Below, piece by piece: positions 39,846 to 53,440 of a stretch of DNA of 64,000 bases (position 1 is the first letter of the stretch; each line of letters begins with the position of its first letter). Made by a program: the position numbers and the translations under genes. Below the pieces are notes generated by a model that did no database searches, was not told the DNA's origin, and saw nothing but the letters and a program-made list of their open reading frames with translations. Source of the DNA: Camelus ferus (Eukaryota); contig NC_045707.1 of NCBI RefSeq assembly GCF_009834535.1, positions 59,150,001-59,214,000 of the forward strand, read 5' to 3'.

Positions 39846-40768
39846 GTCAGGGGAATTTGGTGATGGGGAATTGAATGCTTAGTATCAGAAACAAACAACA
39901 TACAGATGACAGAAGTAATTCTGGTAGCGACTGAAGGATCAGGGTGAGGAGACACCGATAACAGAGTCAAAACAAAAGATAATAGCCTGAATTAAATTGA
40001 CAGCGTTCATCAGGAGAAATAAAACCAGAAATCACGTATTTAGTAAAATCTGTGGGGTGTGTACGGGGAGAGAGACAGAGGAATTGATGTTAACTCTGGA
40101 GTTCCTAACTTTCTGCCCCTAAAATCAGCATTTATAGGCACAACTGGGCTGATTTTAAAGATACTTTCAGGCTGTAACTCACACTTTCTCCAGATAGTCT
40201 CTGTGCTCATAAAATCCAAATGGGTAGATGCTATAGCTCTCTGGAATAATTAAAACTATGGGAACACTGCGGAACTTGCACTAACACCCCCTCACATAAA
40301 CACACAGGCATACATTTTCTTGGATTTTAATCTATGTGCTGCTAATTAATGCAATGTTAATTAAAATTGTGAGTTTGTGATACTGTTATTGCCATTCCAG
40401 CTGATTTTTCAGCAGAAACCTTTTAAAACATTCCTGTGAGCCCTTGAAATGACTCTATATCGGAAGGGTTTTTGTTATTTGATTTTAACTGTTAAGAAAT
40501 ATCCTCAATTACAGCTTGAAAGGAGTTTCAGCCAAAGGTATTTTAAACAGATTGGAATTGTTGGAACAAAACTAATTCAAAAACTCTCTCTGCGTGTCCA
40601 CTTTTAAGAATACTAAATATAAAATGTAAATTTTAGATGAAGTTTATCAAAGGATTCTTTAGAAATGGAATTTTTTCCGTCTTGCCGACTCATTAGTCTT
40701 TTAACTTGTTGCTCATTATTAAAGAAGATAGAATGTTTTATACACAATATGCAAGCAATTTAAATTAC

Positions 40769-40958
40769 CTAAATGAATCCCTTTAAGTAGCTGTCATCTG
40801 TGTCTGAACATCCCGTCAGAGCAATTCCAGATCCCATTTAACTCTGCTAGTCGGTATTTTACTGACACACCGCTTTCATATTGTCTGCACACTTGAAACT
40901 TATTACATCTAGACTTCATTCACAGAGCATAGGCAGCCAAAGTCTGCTTTGCAGTTAT
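40769..40958 (-). pseudogene. Exon: ITAKQTLAAYAL*MKSRCNKFQVCRQYESGVSVKYRLAELNGIWNCSDGMFRHR*QLLKGIHL
   Basis: tcttatgtaacag| acceptor and TAG|gtaatt donor. 190 nt, phase 0 to 1, matching both neighbours. TGA at 40920-40922 and 40794-40796. Confidence 0.68.
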
Positions 40959-43900
40959 CTGTTACATAAGACATATACTGTCTTGTGAGGAAGCGATGTT
41001 TCAAATGTGTTTTGTGTTGGTTTGAGAGCAACTCCAAGGGAGCAGAACAAAGCAGAGCAAAGGAGGGTGAGCTTTAATCATGTTCTTTAGAGTCAGTGAC
41101 TCACTAACTAAAGTAAGAAGGTGGACCAGCTGGGATGAAGGAAGACTCCAAAAAGCTGCAAAGAAACAGGCAATCCCCTGGGTATTTTCATGGGGAGTTC
41201 CAGCTACAAGCAACCCCTGGCCCATGAAGTATATATCCATCCAGGAGGCGAGCAGGATGGAGACCACAGTCCACATACACAGACAGTTCCTGGCTCTCGG
41301 CAAATAAGTTTCTGCTCTGTCACTGGGGATGAGAGACACAGGGGGCCCGAAGCTCCAGGAAAGCTGAGGGGAGGTTTGAGGCTTTGACTGTATAAATGTC
41401 TAGCAGGTTCACATCTTGGCTGAAATAGCTGTAAGCACCGGAAGTACCATGACCTTGGGCTTTTCAGTTCCTGAGCCTCATTTATCTTCTTTGTTAAATA
41501 TGACTGATGACGACCACCTTCAAGGGTGACAGTCAACGTAGTCGGCACTCAGTAAGGTGCCAGCTCCAACCAATCAGCACGGAAAATGTGGCCGACGAGA
41601 ACAGACAGAGATCATGAATGCCAGCTTCACATCTGCCCTCCTTCCTCCCACAGCTTCCATGTGGTGATTACATGAGACGGCTGTGAAAGCTGTAACAGCA
41701 CAATAGCCATGGGGGCTCAAAATATTTATCTTGTTCTCTTTACTTCTTCTCATGCCTTGACTCCAAGCACATTCACTTGTTCTCAGTGGCACCATTCAGA
41801 AAGTCCTACCCCTGGATGAGGGCCTAAAAGGCGTCTGCCCAACTCAAGGGAACAAGGATAAGTAGTTTGTTGCCTGTAAGAAAACCCATGTTATCAACTC
41901 TTCTAACTTCTCTCTATACTCACTCTTTTTAAATTCCCATGAATGACCACCTAAGTACTGATGGTTCCCAAATCTGTGTCTCCAACCCAAATCTCTCCAA
42001 CTCTAACAGTTACACTGATGCCATTCATTCATTCACTCATTGGATAGACAAGTATTTATTTAGCAACTCCTAGGGGCCAGGTCTCTGGGAAGTACTGGTA
42101 ATGCACTAGTGAACAAAACAAATATCCCACCCAGACCATGTCCAGATGAGACCATGTCCTCATCTCTCACCAGAATCAGTGCATTTCCATGTCTTTCCTG
42201 ATTCGGTGAATGGCATCACCCATCAACCAGCTGCCCCAGTTACAGTCTTGCCTGACATACACTTAACTCCCCCCCCCCTTAATTTCCAATACCCAACAGG
42301 AAAGCAACCTTATCAATCATGAGTTGATTCTCCAAAACAGATTATTCCCTAGTGAATATTTGTTACAAGCATACTACTTGATAAGAGAAGGAATACCTGT
42401 ATTTCTGTACCCATTTTAGTAATTTCTCTTATAAAAACATCTTTGCAACTGTTAGGGTATGGTGCTTTATATTTGAGGATAGACTTTTTAAAACTAAAAT
42501 AAAAGCACATTTACCTGGCAGACAAGAAAGCTTTTCCTCTCTCGCCTCTTCTTTGAGAGTCCTGAAGCATTACTGCCCTGGCCCTCTGTGTCCTCTTTGG
42601 TACCTTTAATGACCATTTGGATATCGATTCCACCTTGAAATGTGTTCCAGAGCAATTGTGACCTCCGACCTCCCCCGTCTTCCCACTGAAATGTATGTTT
42701 CACTCCTGCTAAGAAGCCGCCCACATGTTTTGTCTTTTGAAGGTAAACGTCTCGGCCTGAAATTTTCTTTGCCATTTTACACTTTATATTTTATCAGCAA
42801 GAGGCCAGGTTCCTGGAGAGAACAGCATTTTTTTTTTTTTTTTTTTTTTGGCGGTGGTATATTCTACGGGAGTTTGCACAACATCTGAAATTGCAGGCTG
42901 AAACACTGGGTCAAATACATAGTAGCAACTGCTGAGCTTTGAAAAGCCTTTTTCCCTTTTACTAAAAAATTCTGCAAAGCCCATGCTGTCCTATCACAGT
43001 TATATTCATTCTTTGAATAACTTATATTCAAACTTTTGCTTTATGTTATGGCTCTGAGAATTTCACACATGCAAGAAGGCTTAGGCAGGTCAGAAGAAGT
43101 ACCTGAACATCTAAGCCCTAAGATTGTCATTACAAGGCAAAGAACAATATGAAAACTAACGGCTGCCCCATGATTGCAGCTGCATTTATTTCAACCTGTT
43201 TCATCACTGCAGCTTTGTGCTTTTCAGAGCTTTAAAATCAGTACATAATCCTATCAGGATTCACTCATTCATTCAACATAAGTTGACCAAGAATATCCTG
43301 GGAGGCTTGAACCAAGCCCTCTTTTAGGAAAGGGGTAAACAAAACAAAGAAATCAAGCTTATGGTGCGAAATAAAGAAAAGAATGTGCATAAGGAGATTA
43401 TTAAATTTGCTTTTAGAAAGAGTATCCATCATCACCAAATGAAAACTTACTCTCAGTTTTCTTCAGATCATGCCTTGAATCTCACAGTAGAATACTGGAA
43501 AGGGAATCATACATACATGGTCTTCCATCACGAGGGAGGACAGTCCCAGAGAAAGGCAGAGTCAGGCTGCTCCACGGATCCAAGTGAATTTCACCACAGT
43601 CTTTTTAATTTCCTTGCTAATTCAGTCAATAAACATCACACACGTGCTTAGAATACAATCAGACACTGTGTTGCAGGGTGAGACTAGAATCGTAGTTAAA
43701 GCAAAAACAGAATCTGTCCTCAGACAACTTAAGTTATGGCACTCAACAGCGTTTTAAATGAATAAACAAATGGATGACTGCAAAACAGAGTATTTATCTA
43801 CAGGACATTATATTTAGATAATATAGCAAACACAACAGAGTAAGATGACTGTTATGGAAGGTATAAAACGCGTGCAGAACAGTGCCTGGCCCGCAGTAGG

Positions 43901-44100
43901 CAACACGTGTGTGTGGAATGAGTGACTACGAATGAGTAAGGAGGCACTGGCTATTGTGAGTTCACAGAAAATGAAGCACCTAAGTTTTGCCAAATAGAGC
44001 AGGCATCCCTGAGGAGGCACCAGGTGAGCTAGATCTTACTTGCCGGGTGGGCCAGGGACGGCTGGCTGGCTGGCTGGCTATGTGAACAGTGTGTGTTAAG

Positions 44101-45114
44101 CAGAGCCACGTAATTCCTGGGGTCTAGTGAAAAAATGAAAATATGGGGCCAGGTCCTTTGTTCAAAAAAAAGGCAGGAAAGTAGAGGTAAAGGTACTAAA
44201 ATATAAAGCTTTTCCTTTCTTCCATGGTCTTTCTCCCACTGGCCATCATGGTTACTAGTTGCTGTTTAACGTCATTCTAAGCAAAGAAAAATTAAAATTC
44301 TAAATTATAAGCATCAGTTGTACCATTCATCTTTATTTTTACAATATCAGTTTTAAATGAAAATGTAAGAGCATTTAACTCCTATGTGGAATCACTGAAT
44401 TACACAATTTGTAGGCCGTAGCTTGTAGGTGCATGTAGTCTGCTCTTACCAGAACAACGGAAGTGCTGCAAAATCTAACTCAACTATTTTTATGTCGTTC
44501 TTTGATAGGCACATGGTCTACCGACACACTCTACTTCTAGACTTCCTGAAGAGCAGGACTGAAAGAAAAAGGAACTGTGTGTTGCCCTATCTTTCCCTTT
44601 CCATCTACATCACCATTTTCAGCATAAATAGTTGGCTAATACAGGGAAGTAACACAAGTAACAAACGACATGGTAAGATTCCTTGGTTTCCAAGTTTCTC
44701 GCAATGCTATTGTCTCCCTTTTGCATTTAAAGCAAGTTCTGATTCAACAGGAAAGTGTGATCTCTCAGACTATCTGTGTCCCGGCTGACTCAGTTGTAGA
44801 CTTCATACAAATACTGTCCTTGAAGTTGTGCTGAACTTTGACACACTGTGGGTCTGCCAGAACTCTGCACTCACAGGGCAACTCAAATCCTGTGGGTGAA
44901 CAGAGCAACAAATAAAGTTGGACACACATATATTGATTCTCTACAGTTATGCTCATGCTCCCTTGTCTCTCTGAACATTAATAAAACACATGCTTAAAAC
45001 TAAAATTATTAAGACCTGAGACCACTATAGCACAGCAGTCCATCAAGCACTGGCCCTCTTATGTGTGAGGCCCCATGCAACTGCACAGGTAGCCCACTCA
45101 CAGAGCATGCCCTG
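44101..45114 (-). mobile_element. MER45B-like hAT-Tip100 DNA transposon (~1 kb)
   Basis: Termini cagagcca... and ...gaggccccatgcaactgcacaggtagcccactcacagagcatgccctg (reverse of the MER45 5' end). Confidence 0.7.
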
Positions 45115-46219
45115 GTTCAAAGGCACAAAAGCATGAGCCAGGGGTGTGTCCAAGGAACCTGGTGTAGCCCAGCTATGAGCAAGCCTGGAGTGTGAAGTGT
45201 GTACACAAAAGGTGTGGCCAGAGAGGCAGACAAGGGCAGGTTTCCCTTTGCCCCAGTAATTCACAGGACAGGAAATCTTCCCAGTTCAGGACTTTGGAAA
45301 CAAATGACAGAAGACCCAGCTCTGTGCAGCCTGTTAAGTCAGGTTGCCAAGGGTGAATATCTGCTCCATGTACTAGTGGGGAGACCTTGGGAAAGTGACG
45401 TATTTTCTGTGCCTCAGTTTCCTCATCTATAAGAAGTATAAAATAAGAGCTGGAAAAGCACTTAGGACAGTATCGGACTTTCAGTAAGCACACAATCCTT
45501 GTCAGCTGTGATTACGCAACCCCCGGTATCATCCATTCCAGAACTTCTTGATCACCACCGACGCACCAGGCACTTAGCTAGCAGACACTGTAAGACCAGG
45601 ACTTATGAAGAACCTGAATTGTGGCAATAAACGGCTGTCAAACAACTTTAACTGTGGCAAGCCAAGGGTCTTAAGAGAATGCCCTATAGTGACACCCATC
45701 ACAGCACAAGTTGCTATTGGAAATTGACCACTAATTAGAGCTGGCCAGCTAAAATGTTTCATTTATCAAGAAAGGAATTGGAAACTTTGAAGCAACACGG
45801 ACAAAAGCACCACACTCTTAAGGGTAGGGATTATGCCTTAACAGTTGCACATTCCTCCTAGCACAAAGTGTTCTGCCCAAAGAAGACATCAAACAAATGT
45901 TTTTAAATCAGATTTTGACCAGAATCTTGAAAATTGGTTTCAATAAACATTTAAGTGAGGTTTCAGTTATGACAGACGTAGCTCCATCTTCATATAAATG
46001 TTAATAGCCCACATATGCAAATTGGTCCATTTGCCAATGGGCAAATTTATTTGCAGATTGGCCAATTCTCTTTACCCCAAAATTTAAGAAAACATTTAAC
46101 ATAAAAATTATTACCATTATTACTTCGGACAACTGGTATAAAGTATTTCTACCCATAACGGGATTAACAGTCAACTACGACAGACTTCTACCTTTGCTCA
46201 ACTACATTTCATTCTCTGC

Positions 46220-46830
46220 ACAACAGCAAAGGTATATAAATTATAAATCAGATATCACCTCACTGCATGAAACCCTTTAACAACTTCCTAGTGCAATTAG
46301 AATAAAATCAAAACTGCTTAACATGATGTTAAAGGTTAATATTGCCTTCCACCTTAGTTCATAACCATCTCCTTTGCTTTCAGTAAGTATATTCTATTAA
46401 ACAGGACTTCTTCCTGACTCTGGAAGACCCTGCCAAACTCCTTCTCTTATATTTGATATAACCTTTGCCCAGGTTTCCCACAGCTAACTTCTTAAGTCCA
46501 CTGAAATCTCAGCTGAAGTATCATTTTCTCAGATCATTTTCTCTCTAGCTGTGCTATCAAAACGTTTCTTTGTCCAGTCTATTTTCTAAACCATGACTGT
46601 AGGGTTTTTTTTTTATTTTTTAAAGCACTTTTAATTTTTTTAATTTTTATTTTGTGCTTATATGTTATTCTTTAGCTTATCCTAGAATGTAAGCTCTAGT
46701 AATGAGGGAATTTTTTTTTTTTTTTTTTTTTTGGATTCACCACTGTATCTCCATCACTTAAAATGTCATGGCCACCTAAGAGGGATTTACCATGGTAAGT
46801 ATTTGGCTGAATAACTGATTGAATGGTTAA
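46220..46830 (+). mobile_element. L2 3' fragment (others near 41900-42300, 43600-43930, 47150-47420, 50390-50890)
   Basis: aaatcagatatcacctcactgcatgaaaccctttaacaacttcc...ctagaatgtaagctc...ttcaccactgtatctcca...tatttggctgaataactga. Confidence 0.65.
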
Positions 46831-48155
46831 AGAAATACCACTGGACCTTATTTTTAGCTTTCCTATTCTTTCCATTATTGTTTATGGTGGTTTTTAGAAG
46901 TATAAGTAATTACTCATTTGATGTTCTAATTGATTTCTGCCAAAGAGAGTTAATATTCAATCTGGTTTAGAAAGCTTTTTGTGTTTCCTCTTCTGTGGGC
47001 AGAAGAAATTAGCTTATTCTCTAAAATGCACACCCAGAAAACAACTCAATTCTTACAGAAGAACTGAAACAAATTTGAGAGCTCCAAGAACTACTTCACT
47101 ATGGAATGTTAGAAACTACAGTTATAAACAAATCAACGTAGTAGGCAGAAATCATTCATTCACGCTCCATTCTGACCAGGTCTCATCAATGCTGTGAAGC
47201 CTCCCCACAGCCCCTCCATTCTTCTCAGTGAAATAAATCACTCATAAATCACGTTTCTATATCTACATTCTGTACCTACCTTTGCTAGAGTACAGAACTG
47301 CATTTAACCATTCAGGTACCTGTCTCTTCTGCTTGGATAATAAATCCTTTGGGACAGGGATCATACTCTGACTAGCCCTAGTGCCTGCTACCTAGTAGAA
47401 ATCGGATTTTTAATTTAATGCATTAGTCAATCATCCTTCAGAAATGAAATCCATCTTTAAACTTTCACAATCCAAGGACCTTCAGAGTCCTTAGAGACCT
47501 GGAGATATGCTACTATCATACTAATACTTGTAGGAAAAAAAAAGGATAAAATTGGATTTTGAAAGTAGGAAGTCCTGTTTATAACCCATTCCCACACCTT
47601 GCCAGCAGGGTGGTTGTGAGCATGTTATATAACCCATCTAAGACTCGGTGTCCTCACCTCTATGGTGGGGATTATAAATATTCATAAAGGACAGTGGGAT
47701 TCAGTAAGACAAGCACCTGTGCAGTGTTGACCACGGTGCTCAGCACACAGTCATCACTGAACAACGATGACAGCCGTTCTAGAGGCGGAGAAGGGGCTTG
47801 TATTTGAAGTGAGGGGCATGAACACAGAGATGGCATCATTCTCTTCACTTCCTGTAAGAGAGATGTGGAGCTAAAACTTCTGAGATGGATGGAGGAGGAG
47901 TCTTCCTCTCTATCATAAGAGCTGATTTCATGGTCACTGAGGCTTAAAGTAATCCACAAAAGGCAAGAATTTTTTCTTCCCATTATTTTATTGGGCCACT
48001 GAAAGTTTTAACTTTGGCCAGACTGACTAGCAAGCACATAGACTGTCCATACTGAATTTGATTTTTTTTAAAACTCAAGAAATGTTCAATTGAGCTTTAA
48101 AATGCATATATATCCATCACTAGTCTGTGCACATTATCAGCTGTTGCCCCCAAAC

Positions 48156-48440
48156 AGGAGTCAGTAACCCACAACTCAGCTCCTGGATTTTATACACCCA
48201 GTGAGCTAAGAATAGTTTGCACGTTTTTGAATGACTAAAAAAAAAAAGTTAAAAGAGAGAATATTTCATGATACTTGAAGAATTACGTAAAATACAAGTT
48301 TCAATGTCCATCAACAACGTTCTATGGGAACACAGCATCTGCAGTACAGTTTTCATAGAGCTGAGTAATTGTGGCAGACTCTCTGCCCAGCAAAGCCTAG
48401 TCACTATCTGGCCCTCTACGGAGACGGTTTGCCCATCCTT
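48156..48440. mobile_element. MER58B-like hAT-Charlie relic
   Basis: gtgagctaagaatagtttgcacgtttttgaatg...ctatctggccctctacggagacggtttgcccatcct. Confidence 0.75.
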
Positions 48441-48444
48441 ACTC

Positions 48445-48635
48445 AAAAGCAAATAGAAAAACAACAAGTTTCTGCTGTAGAGCACAGGGAACTGTCTTCA
48501 ATAGCTTGTAATAACCTATAATGAAGAAAGAATACAGAAAATAATATATACGTATGTATGTATAACTGATCACTATACTGTACATCAGAAACTGACACAA
48601 CATTGTAACTCAACTCTACTTCAATTGAAAAAAAG
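48445..48635 (+). mobile_element. Short artiodactyl L1 3' tail (another at ~52355-52512)
   Basis: agcacagggaactgtcttcaatagcttgtaataacctataatg...aactgacacaacattgtaactcaactctacttcaattgaaaaaaa. Confidence 0.8.
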
Positions 48636-48937
48636 ATCACCTTTGTGTTCATCTACTTCGGAAAAGTCTGGCTCTCTCTGAAACTTCCCCACCTGCTCCA
48701 CCCCACACCCCCACCTCCCAAGGGTGGGGTCACTTTGTGTTGCTCATATAGACCTCACACAGGAAGGAGACTTTGCTGGCTCAGCTCACCTGTCTCATGC
48801 TCCAAAATAATGTCATGTTTTAGGTGCCAAATCGAACACTCTCCTAATTTACTGCACTTGCAACAAGGCTTTAGAATCACTACAATTGACTTTAAAGCTG
48901 AGGACAGTCTCTTCATTGTTAATTTAACGAATCCAAC

Positions 48938-49065
48938 CTGACTTTTCAAGAAAACGGGCTGTTGTGAAATAGCGTGAAGGAGCACCTCATGCTTGTCCCA
49001 GATAGTGGTCTGTTCCTCTACTTGATATGCATCTTGAAATGAAGTCAATTTTCTTTTTAGCTTTG
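48938..49065 (-). pseudogene. Exon: (A)KLKRKLTSFQDAYQVEEQTTIWDKHEVLLHAISQQPVFLKSQ
   Basis: Long T-tract acceptor ...ttctttttag| and CAG|gttgga donor. 128 nt, open, phase 1 to 0. Confidence 0.78.
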
Positions 49066-49429
49066 CTAAAAAGAAAAAAAAAAAAAAGGAGAGAGATGGA
49101 TTTGTTCTCAGGCTTCATGAAACACTGGAATGAGTAAGTTACTGTTTCATTTATTTGATGATAAACTTCAGGGAGAACAAAAATGTGACACTCAGAGAGA
49201 AAATTAGCATGTCACTTATTGTACCACAAAGTCCTCCTGAGACATGCCTGTGCCTTTTGTATTTTGTGTGGATGTAATTCTTTGACTTCCTCACCTCCAT
49301 TTTCGGTGCCCAACACAAATGTGAAAACGTGCAAGTTCTTATCCACAAACACACCTTTCCATTTCTCATTTTCCAAGTAAATCAACAAATGTGAACAGAT
49401 GACAGAGCCGGTGAATTGCTACACAATAC

Positions 49430-49500
49430 CACTGGCCTCAATTAACATCTCCTCCGGGCAATCCATCTGAAATGAGTTCCCTCTGTCTCCAGTCAACATC
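49430..49500 (-). pseudogene. Exon: MLTGDRGNSFQMDCPEEMLIEAS(A)
   Basis: caccttgttttccttag| acceptor and GTG|gtattg donor. 71 nt, phase 2 to 1, matching the next exon. Confidence 0.7.
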
Positions 49501-51691
49501 CTAAGGAAAACAAGGTGTAAACTGATGAAGGGGAGAGGAATCTTGCAGACTGAGCTGGTAAGAATAACATCCAAATAGCCATCTTTTTCTCTCTTATTCA
49601 TCTCTTAAAAAGAGAAACAGAGTCCTTAAAATATTTCTCATTTGTTTTGAGGTTATCACTGTTTAGGTGGACTGGAAACTGCTCTGTGACAGTTTGTCAA
49701 CCTTGAACACTGCATTCTGCATAAGGATTGAAGTACCACCTCTCTGAACAGACTTTGCACCCTTTCGAGATGAAAACAATTAAAATCCTCTTTCAGGCAT
49801 TAAAAGAAAGACTGAAGTCCTAAATGACAAATCCACCGAATACACACATACACACAGGAGACAGAGGCATTTACATATACATGTCTAATTAGAGAATGCT
49901 AGATATTTGCAAACCAGTCCCATGAATTTAGAACAATCATCTGAGTTAGTGAGAAATGTAAAAATCAGAACACTGCAAGTGAGTTTCTCCATAGAGTGCT
50001 CACTCGTCTTTAAGAGAAATAGTATTTAGATACTGTTTTCCTCAGACTTAGAGCCAGGAGGAAAAAAGCATTTTACAATTTCCAAGCTGAAAAGAAGAGC
50101 TACAGTCTAGAGATGTATCAGCTGATAAAAGTAATGCTGACCAGGAAGCTTTTAAGTTATTTTCAAAATCTTTTATCAAGCTATATTCTATTATAGAATA
50201 TGGCGGCTTTTTAAATTGGATTCCCCTCAAGCTGCAAAAGTAAGCCTGGTGTTCTGCTCTCTCCTTTGAGGGAGCCACAGGGCTATTAACCCTCTGCCTC
50301 AGGAAACACAGACAGTATCCCAAAGCTGAGTTCTAAGGGGAGGTGCCATCTGCAAACCCACGGAGAGCCTGGCAGAGTGTGTGTCCCTTATCCTATGTGT
50401 ACTGAGCCTTACTAGGTGCTGTGACTAAATCTGCAAACAGAAACACCAAAAATCTCTACCACCGAGGAGCTTAACTTCTAGTGGAGGAATCCAGATAACA
50501 GACAATACACGTATCAAATAACTAAATAACACAGTATATTAAAGATCATCAGTGCAATGGGAAAAAATAAAGCAAGGTAAAAGGATTTGTGGTGAGGGGT
50601 TATAATTTTCAAAAAAGTGATGAACAATGTAGGACTCTTTGAGAAGGGAACAGATGAGTATCTGTGGGGTTAATATCCTGGAGAAGAATGATTCAGGCAG
50701 AGGGAACAGCCAATACAACAGCCCTGAGGTTGAAATTTGCTCACTATGTTTGAAAAATGTCAAGGAAGCCAGTGGGGATGGAGGTATAGATGTAGACTGA
50801 GCGGGGGTAAAAGTAATAGGCAATGTGCGAATTAAAGGAGAAGGGGGCAGATTATGAAAAAAAATGAGGACCCACCAGTAGATTCTAAGTAGAGGCATAT
50901 TGTGATGGAGTCATACAGCACACCGTGCTGAGATGGTATTAGCATTTTAGAAGCTGAAATTTATTCTCATACACGAAGTATGACTTGTCTCATGTGAGAT
51001 GGGGCATTATGAAGATAGTAGGGCTAAAACTGCTTGTTTAAAACACAGGAGAACTGACTAGTTCCAGGTCTGCTGTCTGATAAGTGAATCATTTAATCTC
51101 TCTATGCCTCCAAGAGGTTATAAAGGATAATGTTACGTGCCACGTGTAGCTCTCAAGAATGGCTTCAGGAACTGGGGAGATGATGGAAGAAAGATAAAGT
51201 GTCAGATCAATATGCGGTGTCTTACAGGTAAAAGAGTCGATGATGAGGTTATGGACATTCTGGTTATTACAACAATTATATTTCTTTCTATCAGGAGCCA
51301 GAATGTTTAGGCTGAGGCTGGAAAGTCAACTCTTCAGAAGGCCATTATAGCTGTGAAAATGATAGGATATAAAGATGTGTAAGAGTTTTACAGTGATAAT
51401 GTAGTGGAGGTGCTAACAGGAGGCTCCTATGATACATGTCAGATGTCTATCAGATGGAAAACTCAGGGGTGGAATGTACAATGTGGGAGAAGCTCAATCC
51501 CACATCATGCATGTCATCGATCAAGCAGTGACAACGCTAGCTCCTGGGAAAGCTGAGAAAGATTAAGATCTGCCATCATGAAAATGCGGGTTTGTCTTTT
51601 TCCACCCCTGCTTAGGCAGGAAAACAGATTTCTGTTAGCTGAAAAAGTACATGGAATCAGATTTTTTTTTAATGTCAAAAACGAGAGTGAA

Positions 51692-51828
51692 GGGGGAGGG
51701 CATAGCTCAGTGGTAGCGCACATACCTAGCATTCAATCCCCAGGACTTCCATGAATAAATTAAACAAATAAGTAAACCTAATTACCCTCTCCTGTGCAAA
51801 AAAAAAAAAAAAAAAAAAAAAAGAGAGA
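51692..51828 (+). mobile_element. tRNA-derived camelid SINE (Vic-1-like) with poly-A tail and TSD
   Basis: ggggagggcatagctcagtggtag (A box), truncated B box (ttcaatcccc), aaacctaattaccc tail and long A run. gagagtgaa at 51683-51691 and 51829-51837. Confidence 0.85.
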
Positions 51829-53254
51829 GAGAGTGAAATGTTTTCTAAGATTAAAACTACCCAGAAAAAACAGACCAATATGCATTAATGAAAATGGTAG
51901 AATAATGTAGATGGACTGAAAACAGACTCTCTCATAAAACGAGAATCTTTTGTATAATCAACATCCTGCAGCTCCTATTACATAGAATACAATCATGGAA
52001 GACAGGTTTGCTCCATTAAGGCACTTTCTCTGGGAAATCTATTTTTAACTTTTTAACAAAATCAAATAACTATCTGTAAAAAAATTACCCTCCCAATATA
52101 CGAATAAAATGAACAGGTTTATCAAATACCTTCACCCAAGGGGCTCTGATGGGATAGGGACATAAAACAGAAAAGTTCTGATGCTAGAGGATAAAGACTG
52201 AGGCAGTGTTTCCCAAAGTGGCTTGGTGATAATCCTTAGTGAAAGGAGGATAGAGGTCTGTAGTCATGTAGAGCTGGGTCATATCATGCTTCAAAAAAGG
52301 GCAAACTAGATAACAGGGTACAATGGTAGCACATTTAGGAGGGATACAGGAACAGCCAGAAATATCTTGTCCAACACAGGGAATCAAGCCAACATTTTGT
52401 AATAACTAGAAATGGAATATAACCTTGAACAACTGTGACTCACTATGTTGTAGACCTGAAACTTACATTATATTATATATAAGCTATACCTAAACAAAAG
52501 AAAAAGAAAAGAAATCCAGTGAAAGCATCAATTCAAAACAGCAGAAAGCAAAGGGACATGGGATCTCAGAGAGAATGTTCCTTATAGTTTTGCTGAAGAC
52601 ACATCTGTCATCTCATGAAAAAAAAATTTTGTGTTCTTATTTATTTGTAGAGCATCCAGTTTCTTCTTTTGCAGCCGTGTAAGCTGAGACTCTAAGAGGT
52701 TAAGTGATTTACCTCAGGCCATAGACACAAAATTGGGTCTTAAATTCAGGTGTTCAATCAAAATAATATTCCTTAATGTCTAAGCTTCTAAATATCACAA
52801 AAATAACAAAAGATTCTTACAATAAACTGATAGGACTCCCCTCCTATTAGGCAAATTATTTCTAATGGCTTTTGTCATGGGAGCTGAGTTTTCTTCTTCG
52901 GGAGACAATCTCCTAGTTTCTAAGCAAAAGTCTTTGTGCCTGCCAAGTGTTCCACACATACAGCTGGGCTGAATATTTGATCTATGTCTTACTTTTTTTC
53001 ATTTTCTTTTATCATTTCATCATCAATAAATTTTTATCAGACTTTACAGGCCTGAGACAATTATAAAGCTGATGTCAGGAAGATACTAAGGCAATAAAGA
53101 GCATAAGGCAAAGCTGGGTGATAAATTTAGATCTGATGTGAGAAATGAAGTATGAGACAATGATGCAAAGTCAACAATCTCAACAAGGCTGGGAAACAAA
53201 TGTGATGCACAGAGAGGGACATACACAGACACACAGATGACCAAGGAAAACCTC

Positions 53255-53440
53255 TGACAGTGGAGCAAGTTCTGCAATCTAGTTACCAGTAATATACCAA
53301 TGTCAATTTCCCAGCTTTGATACTGTGCTCCAGTTACACAAGATGCCACCATTGAGGAAAGCAGGGTGAAGGACAGACTCTATGCAGTACTTTAGCAACT
53401 TCCTGTCAGTCTACAATTCTTTTTAAGTAAAAAGTTAAAT
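53255..53440 (+). mobile_element. L1MC-like 3' end
   Basis: taccaatgtcaatttcccagctttgatactgtgc...gcaacttcctgtcagtctacaattc...taaaaagtt. Confidence 0.65.

Noticed and set aside
41001..41795. Cluster of overlapping ORFs in a slightly GC-richer stretch
   Set aside because: No recognisable peptide or convincing splice pair, and it partly overlaps a MIR relic. The flanking exons (48938 and 40958) already join in phase.
51692..51750. tRNA-like sequence
   Set aside because: It is a SINE head with an internal deletion, poly-A tail and TSD, not a tRNA gene.
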